NCBI GenBank assembly: GCA_030647205.1
Contig: JAUSJO010000003.1
Coordinates: 10,602-74,601 of the forward strand
DNA: 64,000 nt
DNA from: a bacterium
Lineage (GTDB): Bacteria > Patescibacteriota > CPR2 > UBA1875 > JAJYID01
Direction: 5' to 3'
Below are positions 9,587 through 19,929 of the stretch, one piece after another; within the stretch, counting starts at the first letter, position 1, and every line of letters begins with the position of its first letter. Under the pieces are notes generated by a model. The model made no database searches. It saw nothing but the letters and a program-made list of their open reading frames with translations, and had not been told where the DNA came from. The position numbers and the translations under genes were made by a program.

Positions 9587-12271
9587 CTAAGAGTTTTTGC
9601 CGCAGCACTTCTTATATTTTTTACCGGAACCGCAAGGACAGGGGTCATTTCGGCCGACTTTAGTCTTTTTTAGAACAGTTTGGTTTTTTTCTGCTTGGCT
9701 GCCTGACTCTCTGCGCATTATAGACGCATTCTGAGATTTCTCTGGCGCGCCTGATTCTACGGCATTTTCTGCGGCTTTGGTTAATCTAGATTCTTGTTCT
9801 CTGGGTGCTTCGGCCGGTTGAATTCTTATTTTAAATATCATATTTACTATTTCGCTTCGTATGCCTGCTAAAAATTGCTGGAACATGCCATAAGATTCTT
9901 TTTTATACTCGACAAGCGGCTCCATTTGACCATAAGCTCTGAGTCCGATGCCTTCTCTCAAGCGGTCAATCGCATCAAGATGATCTATCCAAAGAGTGTC
10001 GATGATGTGGAGATAGACAGATCTTTCAATACTTCGCATTATTTCCGGTGTGAACTCTTTTTCCCGTGCTTCGTACTGTTTCTCCATGTATTTTACTGCC
10101 ACTCCAATGATTTCTTCCGGAGTTTCTTTTTTGATGTTATCTTTGAATTTATTATCAGTGGGGACGATGGCATCAAACGTTTTAATAAAGTTATCATAGT
10201 CAAACTCTTCTGTTTGAGCATTGACGTTCTCTGTAACCAAAAACTCTGCTGATTGGCTTAAGTAGTCGAGTATCTCAGTTTTTACGTCATGATCGCCAAG
10301 TATCATTCGCCTTTTTCCGTAAACATATTCGCGTTGTTTATTCATCACATCATCATATTCAACTAAATGTTTTCTGATGTCGAAGTTATTGCCTTCCACT
10401 TTTCTCTGGGCGCTTTCCAGGGATTTTGAAATCATGCCATGTTGGATAGGTTGGTCGTCGGGAAGTCCTAGTTTTTGCATGACAGAACCGATTCTTTCAG
10501 AACCGAATATCCTCATCAGGTCATCTTCAAGTGATACGTAGAACTGGGTAGATCCGGGGTCGCCTTGTCTTCCGCAACGTCCTCGGAGCTGATTGTCAAT
10601 ACGTCTCGCTTCGTGTCTTTCACTGCCGATAACGTGAAGTCCGCCAAACTTTGTCACGCCATCACCAAGGACGATGTCAGTTCCACGACCAGCCATGTTT
10701 GTTGCAACCGTAACAGTACCTTTCTGACCGGCTTGAGATATAATGAGCGCTTCTTTTTCGTGGAATTTAGCGTTTAGAACACTATGCTTCACGCCATTTC
10801 TTTTTAGCATATCTGAAAGAAGCTCATTTCTTTCAATAGAAACAGTACCGATCAAAACCGGCTGGCCTTTTTCACTTCTTTCTTTCACGTCTTGGACAAT
10901 TGCTCTAAACTTTGCTAGCTCTGTTTTGTAAATAACATCGTTTAAGTCTTTTCTGACATTTGGCATGTTTGTTGGGATTATTAGAACATCAAGGCTATAA
11001 ATTTTGTGGAACTCTTCAGCTTCAGTCTCAGCGGTACCGGTCATACCGGATAGTTTTGTATAAAGTCGGAAATAGTTTTGGAAAGATATTGTAGCGAGCG
11101 TCAGAGACTCTCTTTTTATCTCAACGCTTTCTTTGGCCTCTATCGCTTGATGCAGTCCTTCAGAATATCTTCGCCCGAGCATCAAACGGCCGGTGAACTC
11201 GTCAACTATTATCACTTCCCCGTCTTTGACTACGTAATCTCGGTCTTTTTTGAAAAGTGCCACAGCCTTTAAAGATTGCTCAATGTGGTGAACGGTTTCG
11301 ATACCGCCTTCTTCATAAACATTGTTCATCCCGAGCATTCTCTCCATTTCGGCGATGCCCTCATCGGTCAGGCTGACGGCTTTTTGTTTTTCATCAATAA
11401 CATAATCTTTATCTTTTTTTAGTTTTTCGGCAAGTTCGGCAAACTGATAATATTTTCCGGTTGATTCCTCGGCTGGTGCGGAGATTATTAGCGGAGTTCT
11501 TGCCTCGTCTATCAAAATAGAGTCAACTTCATCAACAACTGCGAAGTTTAGACCGCGTTGCACCATCTGATCCAAAGACTGAACCATGTTGTCGCGTAGA
11601 TAATCGAACCCGAACTCATTGTTTGTTCCGTATGTTATGTCGGCAGCATATGCTTCCTTCCTCGTGACGGGTCGCATATGTTTGGTTTTTTCATCGAGTG
11701 CATTTTCATCCTCAAATTTTTCATCATAGAGAAATGCCTCGTCGTGGATGATGACGCCAACGCTCAGGCCCAGTCCGTTATAAACGGCGCCCATCCAACC
11801 GGCATCACGTTTTGATAGGTAATCATTTACGGTGACAACGTGAACCCCGAGACCTGTTAGTGCATTTAGCGTAGCGGCAAGGGTTGCGACCAAGGTTTTT
11901 CCTTCACCGGTTTTCATCTCAGATATTTTTCCGGAGTGAAGAACATATCCGCCGATAAGCTGGACATCGAAGTGTCGCATCTTTAGTCTTCTTTTTGACA
12001 CTTCGCGGACAAGCGCGAAAACTTCAGGTAGGTGTGGCTCTAGGATATCGTTAATTTTTTTATTTGCCGTTTTCTTCTCGGTATCTTCGGGGATTTCTTT
12101 TTCTATTTTCTTGGTGATTTTTTCACGGATTTCTTGAATCCGCGTTTTGATTTTGGCATCACTTAACTTTGACACACTTTCTTCAAGCGAGTTTACTTTT
12201 TCCACAACGGGCTGGATTTTCTTTATTTCTTTCTCATTCGGGTCACCGAATATTTTTTTTAAAATAGGCAT
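9587..12271 (-). CDS. secA: Preprotein translocase ATPase SecA
   Basis: [35 protein letters not shown]-terminal [17 protein letters not shown]. Confidence 0.98.
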   Translation of the reverse strand: MPILKKIFGDPNEKEIKKIQPVVEKVNSLEESVSKLSDAKIKTRIQEIREKITKKIEKEIPEDTEKKTANKKINDILEPHLPEVFALVREVSKRRLKMRHFDVQLIGGYVLHSGKISEMKTGEGKTLVATLAATLNALTGLGVHVVTVNDYLSKRDAGWMGAVYNGLGLSVGVIIHDEAFLYDEKFEDENALDEKTKHMRPVTRKEAYAADITYGTNNEFGFDYLRDNMVQSLDQMVQRGLNFAVVDEVDSILIDEARTPLIISAPAEESTGKYYQFAELAEKLKKDKDYVIDEKQKAVSLTDEGIAEMERMLGMNNVYEEGGIETVHHIEQSLKAVALFKKDRDYVVKDGEVIIVDEFTGRLMLGRRYSEGLHQAIEAKESVEIKRESLTLATISFQNYFRLYTKLSGMTGTAETEAEEFHKIYSLDVLIIPTNMPNVRKDLNDVIYKTELAKFRAIVQDVKERSEKGQPVLIGTVSIERNELLSDMLKRNGVKHSVLNAKFHEKEALIISQAGQKGTVTVATNMAGRGTDIVLGDGVTKFGGLHVIGSERHEARRIDNQLRGRCGRQGDPGSTQFYVSLEDDLMRIFGSERIGSVMQKLGLPDDQPIQHGMISKSLESAQRKVEGNNFDIRKHLVEYDDVMNKQREYVYGKRRMILGDHDVKTEILDYLSQSAEFLVTENVNAQTEEFDYDNFIKTFDAIVPTDNKFKDNIKKETPEEIIGVAVKYMEKQYEAREKEFTPEIMRSIERSVYLHIIDTLWIDHLDAIDRLREGIGLRAYGQMEPLVEYKKESYGMFQQFLAGIRSEIVNMIFKIRIQPAEAPREQESRLTKAAENAVESGAPEKSQNASIMRRESGSQAEKNQTVLKKTKVGRNDPCPCGSGKKYKKCCGKNS

Positions 12272-12292
12272 AAATTGTATTCAATTTCCTCT

Positions 12293-12362
12293 GTCATTCT
12301 GAAACAAGATTTCAGAATCTATTTAAGTAATGCTGGATTCCGGATCGAGTCCGGAATGACAA
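12293..12362. repeat. Composite palindromic element
   Basis: GTCATTCTGAAA..TTTCAGAATC ... GATTCCGGATCGAGTCCGGAATGAC; right half recurs at 18696-18722. Confidence 0.75.
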
Positions 12363-12369
12363 AATATAA

Positions 12370-12723
12370 TTAACCGCGCCTGAACAGTCGTCTTACGGCA
12401 TCTTTGCTTTTTGACAGTCTGCTTTTCTTGCTAGATTTCTTTTTATTTTCTCTTAACTCTCTTGAGGCTTTTCTTTCCATCTCATCAATGGCGGCAAAAA
12501 CATTTTTGCCTTCACCTTTTACTGCAATATCTTTACCTGGGATTTTTACCAAAACCTTTGCTACGCCTGCTCTATCTTCTGTCTTGTTGTGGTCTTCTTC
12601 TAGTGCAAGGTCTACATGAAGAATATCTATTCCATATTTTGAAAACTTTGCCACCTTCTCCTCGGCGTATGATTTAACTTCTTTTGTTATAACTGTTTCA
12701 ACTCCCCTGATATCGACTTGCAT
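12370..12723 (-). CDS. hpf: Ribosome hibernation factor (HPF/RaiA, short form)
   Basis: YAEEKV.K, VFAAIDEMERK; upstream of secA. Confidence 0.85.
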   Translation of the reverse strand: MQVDIRGVETVITKEVKSYAEEKVAKFSKYGIDILHVDLALEEDHNKTEDRAGVAKVLVKIPGKDIAVKGEGKNVFAAIDEMERKASRELRENKKKSSKKSRLSKSKDAVRRLFRRG

Positions 12724-12749
12724 ATTTTACCATCCTTTCTTTATCGTTT

Positions 12750-12797
12750 GTCATCCTGAGGCACGAAGGATCTAGATTCTTCCTTTGTCAGAATGAC
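12750..12797. repeat. Palindromic element
   Basis: GTCATCCTGAGGCACGAAGGATCT-AGATTCTTC..TCAGAATGAC; homologous to 6183-6232. Confidence 0.8.
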
Positions 12798-12809
12798 GGT
12801 AATTATGTA

Positions 12810-14132
12810 TTATTTCTTACGTTTAATTTCTTTAACCCCACCCATGTATTTCTGTAAAACTTCCGGTATCTTCACGCTGCCATCTTTCTGCTGGTAGTTT
12901 TCTAGAATTGCAATGAAGATCCTCGGTGACGGTAGGGCTGTATTGTTAAGCATGTATGCGTGTTTCTTTTTACCATCTTTGTCAGTATATTTCACATTTA
13001 AACGTCTTGCTTGCCAGTCAAAGAAAATGCTGGCAGAACCGGTCTCGCCCCAACGCTCAAGTCCCGGAAGCCAAGCTTCTAAGTCATACTGCCTATATTT
13101 CCCTGCGCTCAAGTCTCCGGTACAAATAATTATTTGTCTGCATGGGAGTCCAAGCTCTTCATGCATCTCTTTGGAAATATCAATCATTTCTTCTTGGAGT
13201 TTCTCAGAAAGCTTAACATCGGCAGGAGCAATCACAACTTGCTCTACCTTCATGAACTCATGTACTCTGTAGATTCCCTTTGTATCTTTTCCGTAACTGC
13301 CGATTTCACTGCGGTAGCACTGGCTATATCCACAGAGCTTAATGGGCAGCTGGTTTTCGTTTAGTGTTTCTCCTGAATAGTACGCAAGCAGTGATGGCTC
13401 GGCCGTACCAACCAAAAATTTCTTTTCTTTGCTTTTAGTCCCATCGGACTTTTTGTCTGGAGTTGCCACTTCGTATATTTCGTCTATTTCCGGGTTATAG
13501 TTAAGGCCTTTGAAATAACCGCTTCCAAAAAGAGCAAATTCTTTCACTAGTGTTGGTACGATCATTGGAGCGTAGCCCTTCTGGATCATTTTATCAATGG
13601 CGTACATCATAAAACCCATCATTAGAGAAACGCCTTCATTTTTCACGTAGTAACCGCGGTATCCGGCAACTTTAGCTCCCCTTTCCACGTCTAAGATATC
13701 AAGATCACTGCCAATCTCAATATGTGTTTTTGGCTTGAAGTCAAACTGAGGAATATTCCCCCACTTGGCGATCTCTTTATTGTCCTTATCATTTTTGCCG
13801 ATAGGAGTGTCATCAGAGGGAATAATTGGGACTAGTACCATAAGGGCGTCAAACTGCCGTTTTAACTCTTTATAGTTTTGTTCAGCTTTAAAAAGTTTTT
13901 CTTTTATGTCTTTTCCTGATTTGAGGACTTCGTCACGTTCTTTTGCAGATGCCTTTTGGATTTTTCCGTTTAACTTATTTTTTTCGGCTTGAAGTTCTTC
14001 TACTTGTTGGAGAGCTTCCACTCTTTTTTTATCAATCTCCAGCAGCTTATTGATATCAAGATCAATCCCTTTATTTTTGGCTGTTTCTAGGAGTTTTTCT
14101 TTATTTTCGCGGATGTATTTTATATCTAACAT
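12810..14132 (-). CDS. serS: Serine--tRNA ligase
   Basis: MLDIKYIRE, GTAE, YRSE.G...GIYRVHEF.KVE, ILENYQ; leaderless start after TTGTAT-17-TATAAT. Confidence 0.95.
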   Translation of the reverse strand: MLDIKYIRENKEKLLETAKNKGIDLDINKLLEIDKKRVEALQQVEELQAEKNKLNGKIQKASAKERDEVLKSGKDIKEKLFKAEQNYKELKRQFDALMVLVPIIPSDDTPIGKNDKDNKEIAKWGNIPQFDFKPKTHIEIGSDLDILDVERGAKVAGYRGYYVKNEGVSLMMGFMMYAIDKMIQKGYAPMIVPTLVKEFALFGSGYFKGLNYNPEIDEIYEVATPDKKSDGTKSKEKKFLVGTAEPSLLAYYSGETLNENQLPIKLCGYSQCYRSEIGSYGKDTKGIYRVHEFMKVEQVVIAPADVKLSEKLQEEMIDISKEMHEELGLPCRQIIICTGDLSAGKYRQYDLEAWLPGLERWGETGSASIFFDWQARRLNVKYTDKDGKKKHAYMLNNTALPSPRIFIAILENYQQKDGSVKIPEVLQKYMGGVKEIKRKK

Positions 14133-14164
14133 AGAAGAAATTATAGTATATTTAACCTGTAAAT

Positions 14165-14300
14165 ACAATGAAGACGGCACTTGCGCCGTCTTCTTGCCTC
14201 GAGAGATGATTGCTAGGAAGCCTTGTTGTAGGCTCCCTTGAACCCCAGACTCGCCCTCCAGGGACGTTGGGACGTGTACCCTCTCCTTGCTGGAGTCAAG
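14165..14300 (-). ncRNA. Candidate small structured RNA
   Basis: ATGAAA-17-TATATT upstream; stems 14256-61/14290-95, 14216-23/14230-37, 14170-78/14185-93; no credible ORF. Confidence 0.45.
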
Positions 14301-14392
14301 TCTAATATAGGCTTAATCCGCTAAAATTTCATTGGCTAAAATACCTAACAAAAACGCTTAATTTTTGGCAATTTATAGTTGATTTTATATAG

Positions 14393-14427
14393 AAAAAAGT
14401 AAGGGGCGGCTCTTAAAGAGCCGCCCG
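14393..14427 (-). terminator. Intrinsic terminator
   Basis: GGGCGGCTCT/AGAGCCGCCC stem then T-rich run. Confidence 0.7.
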
Positions 14428-14460
14428 ATGTCGGGTTCCCTACCTGCACGGAGGGAATCT

Positions 14461-14706
14461 TTATTGCATAATTGGTTGAGTGTGGGGCGATTTCTTCCAA
14501 CGTTCCGTGTGGCGACCTTCTACGAGAAAAAATAAAATGCTGACTCCCATAAACATAAAACCATCCAGGAAAAGCTGTGATGAGATGAATCTAGGTACAA
14601 AGGGAGTTCCTTGAATGCCCAAAAACCACCAAGTTCCTACGACACCAAGGATGATGCCAACTATAAACATTGGAATCTCCCATTTTCTGATTAGGAACCT
14701 AATCAT
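14461..14706 (-). CDS. Small two-TM orphan membrane protein
   Basis: SD AAGGAG; two hydrophobic segments. Confidence 0.7.
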   Translation of the reverse strand: MIRFLIRKWEIPMFIVGIILGVVGTWWFLGIQGTPFVPRFISSQLFLDGFMFMGVSILFFLVEGRHTERWKKSPHTQPIMQ

Positions 14707-14721
14707 ATAATCATCTCCTTA

Positions 14722-14804
14722 TGTACAAGGTGCGCTTTTTAAAATAAAAAACGAAGGCAAACCCTCGACAAACTAATTATAGGTTAACGTAATAATTAGT
14801 TCAA
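14722..14804 (-). promoter_or_regulatory. Promoter, hairpin/U-tract and boxA-like motif
   Basis: TTGAAC-17-TATAAT; CGAGGG..CCTTCG + T-run; CGCACCTTGTACA. Confidence 0.7.
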
Positions 14805-14819
14805 CCTAAAAGTTTTGGT

Positions 14820-16277
14820 CTATTTTTCGGGCTTCATTATTGGGAAAGTGATAATTTCGCGCATTACAGCAGAGTCTGTGAGTAACATTGATAATCTCTC
14901 AATCCCAATCCCGTTTCCGGCGATTGGCGGCATGCCGTATTCCATAGCTTCGACAAAGTGGTCGTCAGCTCGCATCGCTTCTTCATCGCCTTTGCTTGAA
15001 AGTCTTTTTTGTTCGTCAAATCTCTCTCTTTGATCCTGTGGGTTATTTAGTTCAGAGTATCCCTTGCAAAGCTCTTCTCCCCATACCAGAAGTTGTAACT
15101 GTTGGACTTTATCAGTACTTTCGGTAGACCTTTTTGCTAAAGGAGAAACATCTATTGGGTGGTCAATAAGGAAAGTTGGCTGAACAAGATTTGGTCTTGC
15201 AACTTCTTTGTAGTAGTCATCGATCAGCTTTCCTCTGCCTGCTTTAGGGTCGACTTTGAATTTTCTTTTTGTAAGCTCCTTGGCAAACTCGTCTCTGGTC
15301 GGATATTTATCAATATCAATTTTTGCATACTTTTGCATCACTTCTCTAAAAGTTACAACCGGATATGGTGGTTTGAAGTTTAGTTTTTGTCCTTGATAGG
15401 TGATTTCATAGCTCCCGCATATTTCTTTTACGAGAGAAGAAATCATTTTTTCGGTAATTTTCATCTGATCTTTATAGTCGGCATATGCCCAGTAAAACTC
15501 GCAGTTTGTAAACTCAGGATTGTGTGCCTTATCAACACCTTCATTACGAAAACCCTGACCGATTTCAAATGTCTTTTCAAACCCGCCGATCATCATCATT
15601 TTTTGCCAGAGTTCGCCGATACAAATGCGCATATATACATCCATATTATAGGCGTTCAGATGCGTTTTAAACGGCTTTGCAACCGCACCGGAAGGAGTAA
15701 GCTCTAGATATGGTGTAAAGACTTCTTGGAATCCCTCAGCTTTTAGAAAGTTTCGCATAAAATCAATAATTTTAGATTTAGTGATTATTTTATTCCTAGA
15801 CTCTTCATTTGTGAGAAAGTCCAAATACCTTTTTCTATATCTTGTCTCGACATCTTTAAGCCCGTGCCATTTTTCAGGAAGCGGTTTCATGGCTTTTGAG
15901 AGGAATTTCCAGTCTGTAACTTCTATAGATTCTTCCCCGGCCTTAGTTTTGAAAACCTTTCCAGTCATCTGGATGAAGTCGCCCATGTCGACACATTTAA
16001 GCAGATCATAGTTTTTGGGTAAATTATCAAATCTAAAGAAGCCTTGGGCTTGCCCTGAAACATCCTGAATATTAGCAAAGAGAATTTTGCCGTGTCCGCG
16101 TTTTGTCATAACCCGGCCGACTACTGTGACCTTTTTCCCTTCAAGTTTTTTATAGTCATCTTTTACCTCATTACAAAAGTTAGTCCTCTCGCCTTTTGCC
16201 GGGTAAGGATCGACTCCCGCATCAACTAGCTTTTTCAGATTTTCTTTTCGTTGGTTTATAAAAATGTCTTCTGCCAT
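14820..16277 (-). CDS. lysS: Lysine--tRNA ligase (class II)
   Basis: PLPEKWHGL, RYRKRYLD, FRNEG, HNPEFT, YSELN, EYGMPP. Confidence 0.97.
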   Translation of the reverse strand: MAEDIFINQRKENLKKLVDAGVDPYPAKGERTNFCNEVKDDYKKLEGKKVTVVGRVMTKRGHGKILFANIQDVSGQAQGFFRFDNLPKNYDLLKCVDMGDFIQMTGKVFKTKAGEESIEVTDWKFLSKAMKPLPEKWHGLKDVETRYRKRYLDFLTNEESRNKIITKSKIIDFMRNFLKAEGFQEVFTPYLELTPSGAVAKPFKTHLNAYNMDVYMRICIGELWQKMMMIGGFEKTFEIGQGFRNEGVDKAHNPEFTNCEFYWAYADYKDQMKITEKMISSLVKEICGSYEITYQGQKLNFKPPYPVVTFREVMQKYAKIDIDKYPTRDEFAKELTKRKFKVDPKAGRGKLIDDYYKEVARPNLVQPTFLIDHPIDVSPLAKRSTESTDKVQQLQLLVWGEELCKGYSELNNPQDQRERFDEQKRLSSKGDEEAMRADDHFVEAMEYGMPPIAGNGIGIERLSMLLTDSAVMREIITFPIMKPEK

Positions 16278-16321
16278 AAGTTTTTCTCCTAACTTTTCAA
16301 ATTATAGTTTAAGTAGCTATA

Positions 16322-16362
16322 AAAAGCAAAAAGTCTCCCGTTCTTTTGGGAGACTTTTTGCT
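16322..16362. terminator. Intrinsic terminator after greA
   Basis: AAAAAGTCTCCC/GGGAGACTTTTT. Confidence 0.75.
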
Positions 16363-16378
16363 TAAAGTTGAATCGAAT

Positions 16379-16846
16379 TTATTTTATGTCTTTAATCTTG
16401 TACTTCATTTCTCCTGCCGGAACCTTTACGCTTACTTCCTCGCCTTTTTTCTTACCTAAAAGTGCCTCACCTATGGGAGACTCATTTGAAATAAGACCCT
16501 GTTCAGGATCTGCTTCGTATGATCCGACTATTCTAAACTTTGCTTCGCCGCCTTCAAGAGCAACAACTACGGTGTGGCCGACACAAACTTGGTCGGTTGT
16601 TTTGCAAGCAATATCTTCTATAATCTTTGCGTTCTTTAAAATATGCTCTACTTCAGAAATTCGTCCTTCCATGAAAGCTTGTTCATTTTTTGCATCATCA
16701 TATTCGCTGTTTTCAGATAAATCACCAAACTCTTTGGCTGTTTTTATCCTTGTTGCAACTTCTCTTTTTTTCGTTGTCTTTAGTTCATTCATTTCCTCTT
16801 GTAGCTTTTTTAAGCCTTCTTTCGAGAGGTATATTTCCTTGTCCAT
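16379..16846 (-). CDS. greA: Transcription elongation factor GreA
   Basis: [26 protein letters not shown]. Confidence 0.97.
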   Translation of the reverse strand: MDKEIYLSKEGLKKLQEEMNELKTTKKREVATRIKTAKEFGDLSENSEYDDAKNEQAFMEGRISEVEHILKNAKIIEDIACKTTDQVCVGHTVVVALEGGEAKFRIVGSYEADPEQGLISNESPIGEALLGKKKGEEVSVKVPAGEMKYKIKDIK

Positions 16847-16990
16847 GTCTATCTCCTTTCATATTTTCCAGGCGAATTTAGAGTGAAAAAAATAAGCCCT
16901 TTGGGGGTTTAGATACTAATTTAAAACATTACTGTATGTGTAATATGTTGTAAGAGTATAGTTGATACCCATACCCGTGTCAATATTTTT

Positions 16991-18376
16991 CTAAAGGCTT
17001 TTTCCGAAAAATTCCTTCAAATCAGTGGTTTTTATTCTTTCCTGCTTCATTGTATCCCGGTCTCTCACGGTAACGGCCTTGTCACTCAAAGTGTCAAAGT
17101 CTATTGTCACGCAATACGGTGTTCCGATCTCATCCTGTCTTCTGTAGCGTTTCCCGATATTTCCATTATCGTCGAACTCGCACATATAATCCTCTTTTAG
17201 CGTATCGAAGATTTCATGGGCTTTCTCCACAAGCTCCGGTTTATTTTTTAAAAGCGGAAATACGGCGATTTTAACCGGTGCGAGATTCTTCGGAAATTTC
17301 ATCACAACGCGGGTTTCGTCTCCTACTTTTTCTTCTGTATAGGCCTCAGTTAGTACTGCAAGTACTGTTCGTCCGATCCCAACTGAAGACTCAATGATAT
17401 GGGGTATGAATTTTTCATTAGTCTTTGGGTTGGTATATGAAAGATCCTTCCCGGAAAATTTGGAATGTTGGGTGAGGTCATAGTCTCCTCTAGCATGTAC
17501 GCCCTCTAGTTCGCTGAAACCAAACGGAAAGTTGTACTCTATGTCGTATGCGGCCTTAGCATAAAATACTAACTTTTCATGTTTGTGCCACTTTAGATTT
17601 TTCTCACTTAATCCTAGCTTTAAATAGTAGTTCCATCTGGCTTTTCTTAGTTCTTCGTACTCCTTCATCTCGTCATCGGGAGAAGTGAAGTATTGCATCT
17701 CCATTTGTTCAAACTCTCGCGTTCGAAAAATGAATTGTCTTGCCGTTATTTCGTTTCGAAAAGCCTTACCAATCTGGGCTATCCCAAAAGGCAACTTTAC
17801 GCGAACGCTATCAACAACATTTTTGAAGTTTACATAAATCCCTTGGCAGGTTTCGCCTCGCAGATATACCGGCGGTTCCTTCGGATCTTCTGTAATGTTT
17901 CCGAGATTAGATTTAACAAGCAGATTGAACTTTTTGCCCTTTGTAAAACTTTTCTTTCCGCAGATTGGGCAAACAATCTTATCAATATTTTTATCAAAGA
18001 CTTTGTTTATCTCTTCTTCGGTCATTTTCTCGTCAGCAGTAACCCCTATTTCTTCAAGCAGGTGGTCGATGCGAAGTCTTGCGTGGCAACTTTTGCACTC
18101 CGTAAGCGGGTCTGAAAAACCGGCGACGTGGCCTGAAGCTTCCCAAATCTTTGGGTTCATGAAAATAGCGCTGTCGAGACCCACTATGTCTTCTCTCAGC
18201 TGAACCATTTCTTTCCACCACTCCTTTTTGACCGCGTTTTCAAGTTCTACACCATATGGTCCGTAGTCGTAAACAGCCTGAAAACCGCCATATATTTCGG
18301 ATGATGGATATACAAAACCGCGCCTTTTGCAAAGCGATACTATTTTTTCCATTTTGTCGTTATTTTTATCTGTCAT
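16991..18376 (-). CDS. glyQS: Glycine--tRNA ligase (homodimeric type)
   Basis: IYGG..YDYGPYG, YLRGETCQG, GKAFRNEI, FRTREFEQME, IGKRYRRQDEIGTP. Confidence 0.97.
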   Translation of the reverse strand: MTDKNNDKMEKIVSLCKRRGFVYPSSEIYGGFQAVYDYGPYGVELENAVKKEWWKEMVQLREDIVGLDSAIFMNPKIWEASGHVAGFSDPLTECKSCHARLRIDHLLEEIGVTADEKMTEEEINKVFDKNIDKIVCPICGKKSFTKGKKFNLLVKSNLGNITEDPKEPPVYLRGETCQGIYVNFKNVVDSVRVKLPFGIAQIGKAFRNEITARQFIFRTREFEQMEMQYFTSPDDEMKEYEELRKARWNYYLKLGLSEKNLKWHKHEKLVFYAKAAYDIEYNFPFGFSELEGVHARGDYDLTQHSKFSGKDLSYTNPKTNEKFIPHIIESSVGIGRTVLAVLTEAYTEEKVGDETRVVMKFPKNLAPVKIAVFPLLKNKPELVEKAHEIFDTLKEDYMCEFDDNGNIGKRYRRQDEIGTPYCVTIDFDTLSDKAVTVRDRDTMKQERIKTTDLKEFFGKSL

Positions 18377-18609
18377 AAACTCTCTAGCGTTTCATCGTAG
18401 TCAATGTCTGTTATCCGCCCCGCATCCTTTAGCCTCTGAAGGTCAAGGATGAAGTCCTGATACACTTTATTATACACGTTATTATCCTCGCCACTTAAAA
18501 CTATCAGCACTTTTCTTGTGGTGACTATCCAGTCTTCGATCTCAGTATCTGTTATGGTTTCGCAATCGATATGTTCTACGTTTTCTTGCGATTCATTTTT
18601 CTTCGGCAT
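18373..18609 (-). CDS. Small acidic hypothetical protein
   Basis: Overlaps the glyQS start; leaderless-type -10 upstream. Confidence 0.7.
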   Translation of the reverse strand: MPKKNESQENVEHIDCETITDTEIEDWIVTTRKVLIVLSGEDNNVYNKVYQDFILDLQRLKDAGRITDIDYDETLESL

Positions 18610-18695
18610 GCAATAGATTTTACCGTTTATACAAGATTATTTCAATGGGTTAATGCTTGTTTTATTAACTCGGGAGTAGCAGGCTCATTATTATA

Positions 18696-18722
18696 GATTC
18701 CGGATCAAGTCCGGAATGACAA
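18696..18722. repeat. Half palindromic element
   Basis: GATTCCGGATCAAGTCCGGAATGACAA, one mismatch to 12336-12362. Confidence 0.8.
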
Positions 18723-18737
18723 GAAGGAAGTACGAGA

Positions 18738-19520
18738 TTATTTCAATGCCTTAACATTTTTTATGAATTTGGCGGACTTAAACTCTCTCTGATAAATAAA
18801 ATTTAAATACCCGGTCACTAGGTTCAAAAGCTCTGCGGCGGTTTTGTCGTCAAGGACCACTTTTGAGTATTTATCGATATCATGGTTCTCTATGTATCTC
18901 AGAATTTTTATGGTGTTTTTTGAAAGCTCTACATTGATAATGTCTCCTGAGTTGCACCTTTCACATAAAATACCGCCGGACTCAAGATTGAAAATATTTT
19001 TGCTTGCCTGGATTTCGGGGATTTCCTCGTGGCATTTCGAGCACGAAGTGAGTGACAGGCCATAGCCAAAAAGGACGATTGTCTTGTATAGGTACTCATA
19101 TGCAAGCTCTGGTTTTGCATTCTTGTTTATAAGCTCAAATATTTTAATAGTTTCTGCGAATATGCTCTCGTTTGGCATGTCTGCCGGCAGGAGCTTGTTT
19201 AAAACCTCAGAGATCAAGAAAAGCTGGGATATATTTTTTAGATTACCCGCAGCTTTTTGAAAATGATTTTTGCTTACGACAGACGTCACGATATCAAGAT
19301 TTTTTCCTTTTGCCAGAAAAAAGTCCCCATAAGTAAAAAGCTCTGTTGAACCGGCTAGTTTGGATGAAGACTTGCGGGCGCCCTTTACGACGGCGCGGAC
19401 CTTGCCTTTTTCTAAAGTAAAGATTTCTATAATTCTATCTGTTTCAAAGAAGTTTTTTTTGCCAAGGACAATGCCCGTTACCTTATATGTTTTTGATGAC
19501 AGTCTGGTCAACTTTTGCAC
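18738..19520 (-). CDS. recO: DNA repair protein RecO
   Basis: E.DRII..FT..GKV.A..KGARK; CSKC...CERC zinc site. Confidence 0.92.
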   Translation of the reverse strand: MQKLTRLSSKTYKVTGIVLGKKNFFETDRIIEIFTLEKGKVRAVVKGARKSSSKLAGSTELFTYGDFFLAKGKNLDIVTSVVSKNHFQKAAGNLKNISQLFLISEVLNKLLPADMPNESIFAETIKIFELINKNAKPELAYEYLYKTIVLFGYGLSLTSCSKCHEEIPEIQASKNIFNLESGGILCERCNSGDIINVELSKNTIKILRYIENHDIDKYSKVVLDDKTAAELLNLVTGYLNFIYQREFKSAKFIKNVKALK

Positions 19521-19900
19521 TCAAGCTTTAAAACCTGCCTGACCCTTTTCACGACGTCATCAGGCGTGTGTTTAGTTTTAATTAGATAATCCTTAATCCC
19601 AAGAGCGAAGGAGAGCTCTGAGTCCATATCTATCTTTGACTCACCCAGGTTTGTAAGGAGTATCACCGGGATGTTTCTGAGTTCACGATTCTTCTTCATT
19701 TCTTTTAGCATTTCAAGTCCGTTCATGTCCGGCATCAAAATATCAAGGATAATTATGTCGGGAGCGTTTCCTTCCAGTGTTTTTAGACCCTCTCTACCGG
19801 TAGAAGCTTTTTCAACCTTAAATCCATCCATCTCGAACTTTTCGCAGTACATTTCTTGCAGAATATTGTCGTCCTCAACGATTAAGATACTTTGTTTCAT
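19508..19900 (-). CDS. Single-domain response regulator
   Basis: ILIVEDD, PDIIILDILMP..NG, ILLTN, YLIK. Confidence 0.92.
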   Translation of the reverse strand: MKQSILIVEDDNILQEMYCEKFEMDGFKVEKASTGREGLKTLEGNAPDIIILDILMPDMNGLEMLKEMKKNRELRNIPVILLTNLGESKIDMDSELSFALGIKDYLIKTKHTPDDVVKRVRQVLKLECKS

Positions 19901-19929
19901 TGTTTCATTCTCCTTCTTATTTGATTATT

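Noticed and set aside
14165-14310. T-box leader for serS
   Set aside because: No GGTGG.ACC T-box consensus; serS has its own leaderless promoter
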